Assembly (NCBI GenBank): GCA_001002765.1
Contig: LCMS01000005.1
Span: 2,562 to 66,561, forward strand
DNA: 64,000 bases
Origin: Candidatus Uhrbacteria bacterium GW2011_GWE2_46_68
GTDB taxonomy: Bacteria > Patescibacteriota > Patescibacteriia > UBA9934 > GWF2-40-263
Direction: 5' to 3'
Of the stretch, positions 1 through 10,448 are shown in pieces. Both the position numbers and the translations under genes were made by a program. The notes below the pieces were generated by a model, which was not told where the DNA came from, ran no database searches, and was given only the letters and a program-made list of their open reading frames with translations. Position 1 is the stretch's first letter. Every line of letters begins with the position of its first letter.

Positions 1-897
1 AAAACACAAAGAACCCAAGAAAAAAGAAATAGATTTGAAGGAAGCCATCGAATATGCCGAAGCGCATTATCATCTCAAAGAGCAATATGATTCCCAAGTC
101 GAGTTTCTTGAGGACGTGGGGATTTTAGAAAGCGGAGCCATCCCAGGCATAGATGGTAACACCTATCCCATTCCCACTTTGGAACAAATCGCCATGCGTC
201 TGTTTGAACGCCGTGAGACTCTCCACACCAAACACGATCAAGGCTTTACTAAACTCCTCCTTGTTCCCTTTAGGATCACCCATCCTTTGATCTTAATACT
301 GATCATCCTCTCTTTGCATGGGAAGACTATCAAGGAGGAGATATGGGGGATTTCCCAAACCTTGTCTATTATCCACAGTCTTTTGATCTGAAAGAGCATC
401 AAGGAAAGACAAAAATACAGATTCTTAAAGCCAACGAGCGGTTCCCCGGTTGGACTGTTCATCTTCTCCAGCCCTCTGACCCAACAGATTCACATTCTCT
501 AGGTTTTGCTTCTATTCCTCGAAAAGGAGAAGGAACAACCCACGGAAAAAGAATTCCTCGTCCTTCTTTGGAAGTAAATAAAACTCTTAATGAACATCTT
601 TCTACTCTCCAGAAATCCAAAGATGATCCAGACTCTCCTTACTTTCAGGAATTCGGATTAACTCCTGAAGATTGGATTTTGGCTTTTATGATCCATCTTA
701 AGGAAACAGAACAACCCATGGATGATTGGACAAACGGCAGGGAAAGCATGACAGGTCTCATTGGATCTTTTTTTCAATCTGTTGTTTTTGTACCTTGTGC
801 ATCTTGGTATAAAGAGGGTCTTCAGGTGGATTTGCGTATAAATGGTTCTCGTGGCCGGGATAAACGCATTGGTGTGCGATCTTCGGTGATTATTTGA
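1..897 (+). pseudogene. Frameshifted, 5'-truncated (window edge) paralog of the DGR target protein family
   Basis: ORFs 35-391 and 343-897 match consecutive parts of paralog 62265-63599 (YPIPTLEQIA..KHDQGFTKLLLVPF, then PNLVYYPQSF..TPEDW..GVRSSV). Relative to that paralog 58 nt are missing at 271/272, shifting the frame. Confidence 0.85.
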
Positions 898-945
898 TTT
901 TTTTATTTTTGGTGAGTTTTTTTCAATAAAATCAACTGTGGCTGA

Positions 946-975
946 TTGACGTTTGCCAAAGGGATATGTTATCTT
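946..975 (+). promoter_or_regulatory. Putative sigma70 promoter of str operon
   Basis: TTGACG-18 nt-TATCTT with TG extended -10, about 40 nt upstream of rpsL. Confidence 0.5.
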
Positions 976-1013
976 AGCCGCGCTGATTTTTAATTTTTCC
1001 TTGATTTTTTGGT

Positions 1014-1439
1014 ATGCCAACCGTTCAACAACTTATTCGAAAACCTCGTAAGCGTACAAAGGTGAAGAGCAAATCACCAGCCTTGCAATATTCGATGGAC
1101 ACACTTCATCGCAAGCGTACGATTTTGAAAAAAGGAAGCTCTTTTAAGCGTGGGGTGTGTGTGAAAGTGACCACCATGACACCAAAGAAGCCAAACTCTG
1201 CGATCCGCAAGATTGCTCGTGTACGTTTAAGTAACGGAACCGAGGTGACGGCATATATCCCAGGGGAGGGGCATAATCTTCAAGAACACTCCATCGTGAT
1301 GATTCGCGGTGGGCGTGTAAAGGATTTGCCTGGTGTGCGCTATCACATTGTTCGAGGCGTCTATGATACACAAGGGATTGATGCCCGTCGTCGCAGTCGC
1401 TCTCTTTACGGTTCCAAACGTCCTAAAGTTAAAAAATAA
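1014..1439 (+). CDS. rpsL: 30S ribosomal protein S12
   Basis: [30 protein letters not shown]. Confidence 0.99.
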   Translation: MPTVQQLIRKPRKRTKVKSKSPALQYSMDTLHRKRTILKKGSSFKRGVCVKVTTMTPKKPNSAIRKIARVRLSNGTEVTAYIPGEGHNLQEHSIVMIRGGRVKDLPGVRYHIVRGVYDTQGIDARRRSRSLYGSKRPKVKK

Positions 1440-1510
1440 TTTTTTTATAAATTGCTCGGTGGGAAGTACCTCGCACACGCAGGGAAGAAACTCATCGGCA
1501 CCAATACTTT

Positions 1511-1978
1511 ATGCGTGGAAAACAGGCTCCCAAGCGCGTAATCGCGCCAGATCCAAAGTTTGGCAATTTGTTTATTGCCAAATTTATTAATTACATCATG
1601 GTGGATGGAAAGAAATCGATAGCACAGCGCATCGTGTACGATGCCATTGATTTTATCAGCGAACGAACAAAACAGGATGCCATAGAGATCTTTGATCGAG
1701 CCATCAAAAATACCACTCCTTCTTTGGAGGTGAAAAGTCGTCGTGTGGGCGGTGCGAACTATCAAGTTCCTATGCCTGTGCGAGGAGAGCGTCGAGTTAT
1801 GCTTTCTTATCGTTGGCTTATTGCGGCCGCTCGCGCACGAAAAGGGAGGACTATGGCCGATCGATTGGCCAATGAACTTATTGCTGCAGCCAACAATGAA
1901 GGCGAAGCTATCAAAAAGAAGTTAGACGTGCAGCGTATGGCAGAAGCCAATCGTGCTTTTGCTCATTTTGCGCGTTAA
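1511..1978 (+). CDS. rpsG: 30S ribosomal protein S7
   Basis: EVKSRRVGGANYQVP, MAEANRAFAHF. Confidence 0.99.
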   Translation: MRGKQAPKRVIAPDPKFGNLFIAKFINYIMVDGKKSIAQRIVYDAIDFISERTKQDAIEIFDRAIKNTTPSLEVKSRRVGGANYQVPMPVRGERRVMLSYRWLIAAARARKGRTMADRLANELIAAANNEGEAIKKKLDVQRMAEANRAFAHFAR

Positions 1979-1987
1979 TCATTTTTT

Positions 1988-4075
1988 ATGTCACGCGAGT
2001 ATTCATTAGAAAAAACGCGCAATTTTGGAATTATTGCGCATATTGATGCGGGAAAAACAACCGTATCCGAACGCGTTCTTTTTTACACGGGGAAGAAACA
2101 TAAGATAGGTGAAGTGCATGAAGGAGAAGCGACCATGGATTGGATGGAGCAGGAGCAGGAACGTGGAATCACTATTACCGCTGCCGCTACGACATGTTTT
2201 TGGAAGGGGCATCGTATGAACTTGATTGATACTCCAGGACACATTGACTTCACAGTGGAAGTGAAACGTTCATTACGCGTGCTTGATGGTGCTGTTGTCA
2301 TTTTTGACGGTGTAGCGGGTGTAGAACCACAATCCGAGACAAACTGGCGCTACGCAGATGATTACCAAGTTCCTCGCATTTGTTTTATCAACAAGTTAGA
2401 CCGCACAGGGGCAGATTTTTTTAAGGATGTGGAATCCATTCATCGTCGTCTGACAAAAAATGCCTATCCCACACAACTTCCCATTGGGACCGAGAGTAAT
2501 TTCGTTGGTATTATTGATCTTATTGCACAGCGCGCGTTTATTTATAAAGACGAACTTGGTCGCGAGATCGAAGAGACTGATATCCCCGAAGAATATCGTG
2601 TGAAAGCAAAAGAATATCGAGATAAATTAATAGAAGCTATAGCGACAGCTGACGAATCTCTCATGGAGAAATATTTGGCCGGAGATGAATTGAGCTTGGA
2701 AGAATTGAAGCGTGGTTTGCGTAAGGCTGTGATTGCTGTGGATATTGTTCCTATCATGTGTGGATCAGCTTTGAAAAATAAAGGAGTACAGATGTTACTT
2801 GATGCAGTTGTAGATTATCTCCCAAATCCTTTAGATGTCCCTCCTCTCAAGTGTTCTGACCCTGAAGATTCTTCCATTTCTTTAGAGCGCAAAGCAGACG
2901 ACAATGAACCTTTTACCGCTTTGGCTTTTAAGATCGCTGCAGATCCTTATGTAGGGAAGCTCGTGTTTTTTCGCATTTATTCCGGGACATTGAAGGCAGG
3001 GTCTTATGTGCTTAATAGCACAACGGGCAATAGGGAGCGTGTTGGACGTATTGTACGTATGCACGCCAATAGCCGTGAGGAGGTCGAGGAAGTCTATGCG
3101 GGAGAAATAGCTGCGGCTGTGGGGTTAAAAGATACATTTACTGGTCATTCATTATGTGACCCTGATCATCCCGTTTTGCTTGAAGCCATTGTGTTTCCTG
3201 AACCAGTTATCTCTATTGCCATTGAACCAAAGACAAAGGCGGATCAAGAAAAAATGGGCGTCGCCTTGCAAAAACTTGCCGAAGAAGATCCTACATTCCG
3301 TGTTCGCACAGACGAGGAGACAAACCAGGTGATTATTTCAGGAATGGGAGAACTTCATTTGGATGTCATTGTCGATCGTATGCGTCGCGAGTTTAATGTG
3401 GAAGCAAATGTTGGTCAGCCACAGGTTTCTTATCGCGAGACGATTCTCGGTTCCGCAGAAGGAGAAGGGAAGTATATCCGTCAGACAGGTGGTCGTGGAC
3501 AATATGGTCATTGTTCTGTGAAGGTAGAAAAATTAGAAACAGGAAAAGGGTTTGAATTTGTTGAGGCTATCAAGGGCGGTGTGATCCCGAGAGAATATTT
3601 CAATCCAATCGAAAAAGGTATTCGTGAAGCAGCAGATCGCGGTGTGCTCGCTGGATATCCCATTTTGGACATAAAAGTAACGTTGATCGATGGAAGTTAT
3701 CACGAGGTGGATTCTTCTGAGGCAGCATTTAAGATTGCGGGTTCCATGGCTTTTCAAGATGCTGCCAAGAAGGCAAAACTCGTTTTGCTCGAGCCCATGA
3801 TGAAGGTGGACGTTGTTACTCCAGAGGATTTTATGGGTACGGTTGTGGGTGATTTAAATGCAAAGCGCGGGCAAATACAAGAGATGACCGATCGATCCGG
3901 CTCTAAAGCGATTGTGGCATTTGTTCCTCTTGCTGAAATGTTCGGATATGCAACACAACTTCGATCCATTACCCAGGGGCGTGCCAGTTATTCCATGGAA
4001 TTTGATCATTATGAACCTGTGCCTTCGAATGTTTCCAAAGCGATTATCGAGGCAAGAGGCGGCAAGAATTCATAG
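1988..4075 (+). CDS. fusA: Elongation factor G
   Basis: [18 protein letters not shown]; 695 aa; follows rpsG. Confidence 0.99.
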   Translation: MSREYSLEKTRNFGIIAHIDAGKTTVSERVLFYTGKKHKIGEVHEGEATMDWMEQEQERGITITAAATTCFWKGHRMNLIDTPGHIDFTVEVKRSLRVLDGAVVIFDGVAGVEPQSETNWRYADDYQVPRICFINKLDRTGADFFKDVESIHRRLTKNAYPTQLPIGTESNFVGIIDLIAQRAFIYKDELGREIEETDIPEEYRVKAKEYRDKLIEAIATADESLMEKYLAGDELSLEELKRGLRKAVIAVDIVPIMCGSALKNKGVQMLLDAVVDYLPNPLDVPPLKCSDPEDSSISLERKADDNEPFTALAFKIAADPYVGKLVFFRIYSGTLKAGSYVLNSTTGNRERVGRIVRMHANSREEVEEVYAGEIAAAVGLKDTFTGHSLCDPDHPVLLEAIVFPEPVISIAIEPKTKADQEKMGVALQKLAEEDPTFRVRTDEETNQVIISGMGELHLDVIVDRMRREFNVEANVGQPQVSYRETILGSAEGEGKYIRQTGGRGQYGHCSVKVEKLETGKGFEFVEAIKGGVIPREYFNPIEKGIREAADRGVLAGYPILDIKVTLIDGSYHEVDSSEAAFKIAGSMAFQDAAKKAKLVLLEPMMKVDVVTPEDFMGTVVGDLNAKRGQIQEMTDRSGSKAIVAFVPLAEMFGYATQLRSITQGRASYSMEFDHYEPVPSNVSKAIIEARGGKNS

Positions 4076-4077
4076 AA

Positions 4078-4105
4078 AAAACTGAGAGGTCGACCTCTCA
4101 GTTTT
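4078..4105. terminator. Perfect 28-bp palindrome, likely bidirectional terminator between convergent genes
   Basis: AAAACTGAGAGGTC|GACCTCTCAGTTTT between the fusA stop and the methyltransferase stop. Confidence 0.75.
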
Positions 4106-4652
4106 CTTTTTGTGGAACTTGATAAAGATAGATATCTCCTTCTTTTTGTTGTGGAATCCAATCAGGTAGACAGAACCCATTGGATACAATTCGTGCGCTT
4201 GGTTTCGCCTCCTTTAATATCTTTTCTTTTAGAAGTTTCATGGAAAGAGGAAGTTGGTAGAGAAAAATCACATCACAATTTTTTAAATCAGCTTTCCAAA
4301 ATGAACGACAGTAGATGGTAAGGCGGTTTTCTAATTTTTTCTTTTTCGCCATCCATCGCGAAAGGGAGACAAGTCCTCGGTGAATTTCGTATCCTTCCGC
4401 CTTTTTTGCACCAGCTTGAAGTGCGGCAAGAAGGATGCGTCCATCCCCAGATCCAAGATCAATGACATGATCTTGAGGAGTGATATGAGCAATTCTGATC
4501 ATTTGTTCTACGCGTTGCCAGTTAGTGGGAACAAAGGGACCACCTTTCAGAAAGATGGGGATAAGCATGGAAATAAACCACCAAGAAGCAAAAAGGCTAA
4601 GGAGTAGAACAAAAAATAAGAGGAAAATAGCCAGAAAAGAAATGATTTCCAT
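4098..4652 (-). CDS. Membrane-anchored class I SAM-dependent methyltransferase
   Basis: N-terminal hydrophobic helix, GGPFVPT, motif I VIDLGSGDGRI; ATG 4652 preferred over the TTG start. Confidence 0.88.
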   Translation of the reverse strand: MEIISFLAIFLLFFVLLLSLFASWWFISMLIPIFLKGGPFVPTNWQRVEQMIRIAHITPQDHVIDLGSGDGRILLAALQAGAKKAEGYEIHRGLVSLSRWMAKKKKLENRLTIYCRSFWKADLKNCDVIFLYQLPLSMKLLKEKILKEAKPSARIVSNGFCLPDWIPQQKEGDIYLYQVPQKEN

Positions 4653-4726
4653 AAGAATGTAAAAATAGTATAACAAATTTTTTTATTTCTTGTGTGAAAC
4701 GAATTGTGATTGTGAATGAATTTTCC

Positions 4727-4754
4727 TTGACATAGGGGAATGCTTCGATAAAAT
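4727..4754 (+). promoter_or_regulatory. Putative sigma70 promoter
   Basis: TTGACA-16 nt-TAAAAT upstream of ORF 4764. Confidence 0.55.
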
Positions 4755-4763
4755 GCGACTGTT

Positions 4764-5195
4764 ATGAATAGTTATATGAAAAAAATTTTTGAAATGATCC
4801 GAAAGACAGGAGATCGAGTCATTTTGGTTGATTTTAATAGTGAAGAAGCTTTTGTCTTGATGCCATTTGCCGATTATGAAGGACTTTTACAGGATTTAAA
4901 GATTCCAAAACAAAGCCTTATTTCCAAACAAGTGTTCGAACCAAGACAAGACGAGAAAGGAAGAAACGATATTTGGGAATCTATGAGGGAGGCTGGAAGT
5001 TCGTCAGAAACATGGGATTTATCACAAATGTCTCCTGCTGAGCTTGAGGAACTGGAGCGTCAATACCAAATGTTTTCACAAGCAAAGTCAAAAGATGAGG
5101 AGGACACAAAAAAAACAAAAGAACCCAGTATTTCTAATGAAAAAGATGTAGGAGACGGTGGGGAAGAACAGTTTTATCTTGAACCTATTGAATGA
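4764..5195 (+). CDS. Hypothetical acidic protein upstream of tuf
   Basis: 143-aa ORF filling the gap, with its own promoter; ends EEQFYLEPIE. Confidence 0.75.
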   Translation: MNSYMKKIFEMIRKTGDRVILVDFNSEEAFVLMPFADYEGLLQDLKIPKQSLISKQVFEPRQDEKGRNDIWESMREAGSSSETWDLSQMSPAELEELERQYQMFSQAKSKDEEDTKKTKEPSISNEKDVGDGGEEQFYLEPIE

Positions 5196-5217
5196 AAAAG
5201 GGGTGTGGGCGGAAACC

Positions 5218-5246
5218 TTGCAAGTTTATTGGGCTTTTGTTATACT
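5218..5246 (+). promoter_or_regulatory. Putative tuf promoter
   Basis: TTGCAA-17 nt-TATACT with TG extended -10. Confidence 0.6.
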
Positions 5247-5316
5247 TTCCGGCATCAATTCAACAACAATAATTTTTATCTAAAATAAGAGCTAAAGAGG
5301 CTCTTTTGCTAAAAAT

Positions 5317-6510
5317 ATGGCTGAAGTTTTCGCGCGCACCAAACCGCACGTTAACGTGGGCACCATAGGCCACGTTGACCACGGAAAAACCACACTCACC
5401 GCTGCCATTCTTTCCACTTTGAATTCAAAGGGGATGAGTGCTCAGAAAAAGGGTGTTGACGATCTCGACAAAGCTCCAGAGTCAAAAGCACGTGGAATCA
5501 CGATAGCGACGGCTCATTGTGAGTATGAATCAGAAAAGCGCCATTATGCACACGTGGACTGTCCAGGACATGCTGATTACATTAAGAACATGATTACGGG
5601 TGCAGCTCAAATGGATGGTGCTATTTTGGTGGTTTCTGCTGCTGACGGTCCCATGCCTCAAACACGTGAGCACATTTTATTGGCTCACCAAGTAGGAGTT
5701 CCTACTATTGTGGTGTTTTTAAATAAAGTTGATCAAGTGGATGATCCTGAACTTATTGATTTGGTTGAAGAAGAAGTACGAGATTTGCTCAAAAAATATG
5801 AATATGACGGAGATAATACCCCCATCATTCGTGGTTCGGCATTAAAAGCATTGGAAAATCCAACAGATGAAGAGGCAACAAAACCTATCATGGAATTAGT
5901 GAAAAAGTTGGATGAGTATATTCCTGAGCCAAAGCGTGAGATGGACAAACCACTTCTTATGCCTATCGAGGATGTATTTTCCATCGAAGGACGAGGAACT
6001 GTGGTTACTGGTCGAATTGAACGTGGAGTCGTTAAAATTAACGGTGAAGTTGAAATTGTTGGTATTAAAGAGGAATCCCGAAAAACGATTGTTACTGGAA
6101 TTGAGATGTTTAACAAGAGTTTGAGTGAAGGACAAGCAGGGGATAACGCTGGAGTGTTATTGCGCGGCATTCGTAAGGAAGAAGTTGAGCGAGGAATGGT
6201 TTTGGCAGCCCCTGGCTCCATCACTCCTCATACTGAGTTTGAAGCAGAAGTCTACGCTCTTACCAAGGAAGAAGGCGGTCGTCATAAGCCATTTTTTAAA
6301 GGGTATAAGCCACAATTTTATATTCGTACAACAGATGTAACCGGAGAGGTAACTTTGCCAGAAGGTACCGAAATGGTGATGCCCGGTGATAGTGTGAAAC
6401 TCACGATCAAACTCATTCAGCCTGTCGCTTTGGAAGAAAAAATGTCTTTTGCTATTCGCGAAGGTGGTAAAACAGTAGGAGCTGGAGTGGTAACGAAAAT
6501 TATAAAGTAA
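5317..6510 (+). CDS. tuf: Elongation factor Tu
   Basis: [28 protein letters not shown]. Confidence 0.99.
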   Translation: MAEVFARTKPHVNVGTIGHVDHGKTTLTAAILSTLNSKGMSAQKKGVDDLDKAPESKARGITIATAHCEYESEKRHYAHVDCPGHADYIKNMITGAAQMDGAILVVSAADGPMPQTREHILLAHQVGVPTIVVFLNKVDQVDDPELIDLVEEEVRDLLKKYEYDGDNTPIIRGSALKALENPTDEEATKPIMELVKKLDEYIPEPKREMDKPLLMPIEDVFSIEGRGTVVTGRIERGVVKINGEVEIVGIKEESRKTIVTGIEMFNKSLSEGQAGDNAGVLLRGIRKEEVERGMVLAAPGSITPHTEFEAEVYALTKEEGGRHKPFFKGYKPQFYIRTTDVTGEVTLPEGTEMVMPGDSVKLTIKLIQPVALEEKMSFAIREGGKTVGAGVVTKIIK

Positions 6511-6523
6511 GCAATAATAAAAG

Positions 6524-6557
6524 GAGGGGTTTTTAACCCCTCTTTGAGTTCTTTTAA
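6524..6557 (+). promoter_or_regulatory. Hairpin (possible terminator) followed by boxA-like motif upstream of rpsJ
   Basis: GAGGGGTT-ttt-AACCCCTC (6524-6542), then GTTCTTTTAA (6548-6557). Confidence 0.45.
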
Positions 6558-6562
6558 GACGT

Positions 6563-6889
6563 GTGACTACAACGAAAACAGAAGAAAAATTACATATCCG
6601 CATCAAGATCAGAGCACATGATCATAAGATTATCGATCAAGCGACTCAGACGATTTTGAAAACCGTGGAACGCTCTGGTGCAAAGATATTAGGACCAGTT
6701 CCCCTTCCAACGGAAAAGCGAAAATATACGGTGAACCGTTCCACCTTTGTTCATAAAGATTCTCGTGAACAATATGAAATACGAGTTCACAAGAGATTAA
6801 TTGACATTGTTGAACCTACAGAAAAGACAATTGATGCTCTATCAAGTCTTAATTTACCGGCAGGAGTAGACGTTGAAATCAAAACATAA
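6563..6889 (+). CDS. rpsJ: 30S ribosomal protein S10 (NusE)
   Basis: [26 protein letters not shown]; GTG start. Confidence 0.98.
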   Translation: MTTTKTEEKLHIRIKIRAHDHKIIDQATQTILKTVERSGAKILGPVPLPTEKRKYTVNRSTFVHKDSREQYEIRVHKRLIDIVEPTEKTIDALSSLNLPAGVDVEIKT

Positions 6890-6892
6890 TTT

Positions 6893-6947
6893 TTTTTCAC
6901 CACCTATTTTTTCATGAAGAAGAGATGGAAAAATAGGTGGTGAAAAA
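6893..6947. other. Long intergenic hairpin (23-bp stem with one G-U, 9-nt loop)
   Basis: TTTTTCACCACCTATTTTTTCAT / ATGGAAAAATAGGTGGTGAAAAA. Confidence 0.8.
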
Positions 6948-7186
6948 TGGCATTTACGAAACGTGGAAGAAAGATCATGTCTCAAGTTTTTTAAGGAAAA
7001 CCTTCCAAAGATTTCAAAAATGCTGATAGGGAGCGTAAGAATTCTTTACACAAACATTTCCTTCAAAGAAAGAAGAGCAGATAATACTTTGAAGGCTAGA
7101 GGGTTTTGCTTTAAAAACACAAAGCAAATCCTTCTGGTTTTTTCTTTTTGTCAAGCATGTTCCCCAGAGGAACCAATACAAAATAT

Positions 7187-7813
7187 ATGCCTGTTTTTAT
7201 AGGAAAAAAGATAGAAATGACACAACATTTTCAAGAGAATGGTTCGGTTATTCCGGTAACTTTGCTGTCTGCAAAACCAAATGTGGTAACTTTTGTTAAG
7301 AAAAATGAGGCAGAAGATTTTATAGATGTGCAATTAGGCATCGAAGAGACAACTTATTTGAAGAAGCCACAAGCAGGGCATTTAAAAGGTCTTCCTCAGG
7401 TATCCATTTTACGTCAGTTCCGTGTTACTCATTTTGATCAAGAACGTGGAAATATTGTAGAAGCATCACAATTTCAGCCAGGAATGAAAATTGATGTTAT
7501 TGGGATATCAAAGGGGCGTGGTTTTGCTGGAGTTATGAAACGCCATCATTTTGCTGGACAACCAGCAAGTCATGGGCAAAAAGATCAAATGCGCATGCCG
7601 GGGTCTATCGCATCTCAACGCCAAGGACCTGTGGTCAAAGGACAACGTATGGCTGGTCATATGGGAACACAACAAGTCACAGTAAAGAATCTAGAAATTG
7701 TTTTTGTAAATGTAGAGAAGCAAGTCATTGCTGTGAAAGGAGCTGTTCCAGGCGCACGGGGAAGTGTTGTCGTTCTTAAAACACGAGAAGGGAAAAATGT
7801 ATGGCAAAAGTAA
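7187..7813 (+). CDS. rplC: 50S ribosomal protein L3
   Basis: SKGRGFAGVMKRHHF, RMAGHMG, KGAVPG; ATG 7187. Confidence 0.97.
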   Translation: MPVFIGKKIEMTQHFQENGSVIPVTLLSAKPNVVTFVKKNEAEDFIDVQLGIEETTYLKKPQAGHLKGLPQVSILRQFRVTHFDQERGNIVEASQFQPGMKIDVIGISKGRGFAGVMKRHHFAGQPASHGQKDQMRMPGSIASQRQGPVVKGQRMAGHMGTQQVTVKNLEIVFVNVEKQVIAVKGAVPGARGSVVVLKTREGKNVWQK

Positions 7814-8430
7814 CCGTTTTTCATCTCAACAGTGATCAAAAAAGTTCCGTCGAATTGGATAAGAATTTTTTTGATGTCAAAATAAACAAAGCTTTAATTC
7901 ATGAAGCAGTTGTTTACCAACAAGCAAAAAATCGTGTAGCGATTGCTCATACGAAAGACCGTGGAGAAGTGGCGGGAAGCGGTAAGAAACCGTGGAATCA
8001 GAAGGGAACAGGCCGTGCAAGGCACGGTTCACGACGCTCACCAATTTGGGTGGGTGGAGGAATTACGTTTGGCCCAACGAATGAAAGAAATTTTGCTGTT
8101 CGTATGAATAAAGCTTCTCGACGACAAGCATTAGGGATGGTTTTGACAGATAAAGTTTCTCAAAATCTTTTCATTATTATTGATTCATTTGAACACATGG
8201 GATCAAAGACAAAAGATGCAGTAAAGACATTGGAACAATTACCTTGTTTTGGAAAAAAGACGCTGGTTGTTTTAGATTCATCACAGGCAGCAATTGCTAA
8301 AACCATGCGAAATTTACCCTTGATTAAAACCATTCCTGTTCAGGCAATAAATATTGTAGATCTTTTGTCTAAAGAATTTGTGGTTATGGATACGGCAACC
8401 TTGCAAGCATTTACACATCTGCATAAATAA
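7801..8430 (+). CDS. rplD: 50S ribosomal protein L4
   Basis: KKPWNQKGTGRARHGSRRSPIWVGGG. Confidence 0.98.
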   Translation: MAKVTVFHLNSDQKSSVELDKNFFDVKINKALIHEAVVYQQAKNRVAIAHTKDRGEVAGSGKKPWNQKGTGRARHGSRRSPIWVGGGITFGPTNERNFAVRMNKASRRQALGMVLTDKVSQNLFIIIDSFEHMGSKTKDAVKTLEQLPCFGKKTLVVLDSSQAAIAKTMRNLPLIKTIPVQAINIVDLLSKEFVVMDTATLQAFTHLHK

Positions 8431-8435
8431 AGGTT

Positions 8436-8840
8436 ATGGGTTTACTCAAACGAACTTTTACAAAAAAGCAAAAAGACGACGAAACAAAAGAAGATGAAAA
8501 AAAGGAAAAAGTTTCTGATGTAGTCGTTGGGAAAAAAGGAAAAAGAGGTTTTAGTATAGAAGCAGGAAACATTATTTTGCGTCCACTTGTCTCTGAAAAA
8601 GCTTCCATTCTTTCCTCTCTTAGTAAATATGTATTTGTAGTCCATGAAAATTCCACTCGTCTACAGGTAAGATCTTCCATCCGGAGCATGTACGGGGTAA
8701 CACCTGTTAGTGTGCGCATTCAAAATCAAAAAGGAAAATCTGTTCATGTTGGACGCCGACAAGGAAATAGGAAAAATTGGAAAAAAGCCATTGTGACTCT
8801 CCCCAAAGGAAAAACTATTAATGTATACGAAGGGGTATAA
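8436..8840 (+). CDS. rplW: 50S ribosomal protein L23 with charged N-terminal extension
   Basis: PLVSEKAS..KYVFVV..WKKAIVTL; S10 operon position. Confidence 0.95.
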   Translation: MGLLKRTFTKKQKDDETKEDEKKEKVSDVVVGKKGKRGFSIEAGNIILRPLVSEKASILSSLSKYVFVVHENSTRLQVRSSIRSMYGVTPVSVRIQNQKGKSVHVGRRQGNRKNWKKAIVTLPKGKTINVYEGV

Positions 8841-8852
8841 GAATGATGAGAT

Positions 8853-9707
8853 ATGTCAGTAAAACACTATAGACCTACAAGCGCGGGAAGACGCATCTCA
8901 AGTGTAGATACGTTTAGTGATATTACGAATGAAAAACCATTCAAGAAGCTTACGATTACTCGAAAGCAACATGCAGGACGCACAAACAGTGGAAAAATCT
9001 CTGTCCGTCATCAAGGGGGAGGGGCACGACGTCGCTTGCGTCTCGTAGATTTTTTACAAAACAAATACGATATCCCAGGAAAGATAGTGACCGTAGAATA
9101 TGATCCTAATCGTGGAGCAAGAATTGCCCTTCTTCAATTTCTTGATGGGGAAAAACGTTACGTTCTTGCCATAGATGGGATGAAAATTGGTGACATGATT
9201 ATATCTTCTTTGCAAAAAGGTGATGCACGTGTCGGGAATCGTTTTCCTTTGGAGATGATTCCAGTTGGTATGGAGGTTTGTAATGTGGAACTTACTCCAG
9301 GGAAAGGCGGACAGTGTGTACGAGGGGCAGGAGCTTCAGCGCAACTGATGGCGGTAGAAGGTTCATTTGCCGTTATTCGTCTTCCTTCAGGAGAGACACG
9401 TATGGTTCCAAAACAGTGCATGGCAACCATTGGAAAAGTTTCAAATGCAGATCATAGATTGATTCGGTGGGGGAAAGCGGGACGTATGCGCCATCGCGGT
9501 ATTCGTCCTACAGTTCGAGGGAAAGCCATGAATCCAGTCGATCATCCACACGGTGGTGGAGAAGGACGCAACTCAATCGGTTTGAAACATCCAAAGACGC
9601 CTTCTGGTAAACCAGCTTTTGGTGTAAAGACTCGTGGAAAAAAATCAACAGATAGTCGTATTCTGCAACGACGTCGTTCAGGACGCTTCGTTGGAGGAAG
9701 TAAATAA
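8853..9707 (+). CDS. rplB: 50S ribosomal protein L2
   Basis: EYDPNR, RPTVRGKAMNPVDHPHGGGEG. Confidence 0.99.
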   Translation: MSVKHYRPTSAGRRISSVDTFSDITNEKPFKKLTITRKQHAGRTNSGKISVRHQGGGARRRLRLVDFLQNKYDIPGKIVTVEYDPNRGARIALLQFLDGEKRYVLAIDGMKIGDMIISSLQKGDARVGNRFPLEMIPVGMEVCNVELTPGKGGQCVRGAGASAQLMAVEGSFAVIRLPSGETRMVPKQCMATIGKVSNADHRLIRWGKAGRMRHRGIRPTVRGKAMNPVDHPHGGGEGRNSIGLKHPKTPSGKPAFGVKTRGKKSTDSRILQRRRSGRFVGGSK

Positions 9708-9716
9708 GATAAAAGT

Positions 9717-10010
9717 ATGGCACGAAGTTTAAAAAAAGGACCTTACGTACACCCCAAGCTTTTAAAAAAGATTGGGAAATTAAAAGTGGGTGACCGAACG
9801 ATCATCAAGACATGGGCAAGAAGCTCCACGATTACACCGGAGATGGTGGGATTTACTTTCGGCGTTCACAATGGAAAGGATTTTATTCAAGTACGTGTGA
9901 TAGAAAATATGGTTGGACACAAGCTAGGCGAGTTTTCTCCTACGCGTAAATTTGTACGTCATGGAGGAAAATTGCAGAAGGAGGCAGAACAACAACCTGC
10001 TACTACGTAA
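9717..10010 (+). CDS. rpsS: 30S ribosomal protein S19
   Basis: [23 protein letters not shown]. Confidence 0.99.
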   Translation: MARSLKKGPYVHPKLLKKIGKLKVGDRTIIKTWARSSTITPEMVGFTFGVHNGKDFIQVRVIENMVGHKLGEFSPTRKFVRHGGKLQKEAEQQPATT

Positions 10011-10022
10011 ACATGATATCGT

Positions 10023-10406
10023 ATGGAAGTCCAAGCAAAAGCTCGTTATCTACGAACATCCCCAAGAAAGATTCGTTATGTCATCGATGTAATTCGAGGC
10101 ATGCAAGTTGAGAAAGCTCAACAACAGCTTTCTTTTTCCAAAAAACAGGCGGCAGGATTAGTTTTAAAGTTATTAAATTCTGCTATCGCAAACGCAAGAC
10201 ATAATTTTCACATTGAAGATACTACGAGCTTATATATTAAACATATTACAGCAGACGGGGGTCCTATTTTGCATAGGTGGCGGGCACGGGCTTTTGGACG
10301 ATCCGCTCCTATTCGGAAGCGCACAACACACATAACGATTCTTTTAGACACTCGGGATACAGAGACTAAAATTAAAAAAGCATCTACTAAAAAAGTAAAA
10401 GCATAA
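10023..10406 (+). CDS. rplV: 50S ribosomal protein L22
   Basis: SPRKIR, SAIANA, RAFGRSAPIRKRTTHITI. Confidence 0.98.
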   Translation: MEVQAKARYLRTSPRKIRYVIDVIRGMQVEKAQQQLSFSKKQAAGLVLKLLNSAIANARHNFHIEDTTSLYIKHITADGGPILHRWRARAFGRSAPIRKRTTHITILLDTRDTETKIKKASTKKVKA

Positions 10407-10448
10407 AAAGAAAAGTAGTTTTTTGAAGTTTTATTACGACAAGTTTTT

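Noticed and set aside
238-391. Programmed frameshift in the first paralog
   Set aside because: Alignment shows a 58-nt deletion of conserved coding sequence, not a slippery site.
6963-7202. 79-aa ORF between rpsJ and rplC
   Set aside because: GTG start, no motif, overlaps the rplC start; probably spurious.
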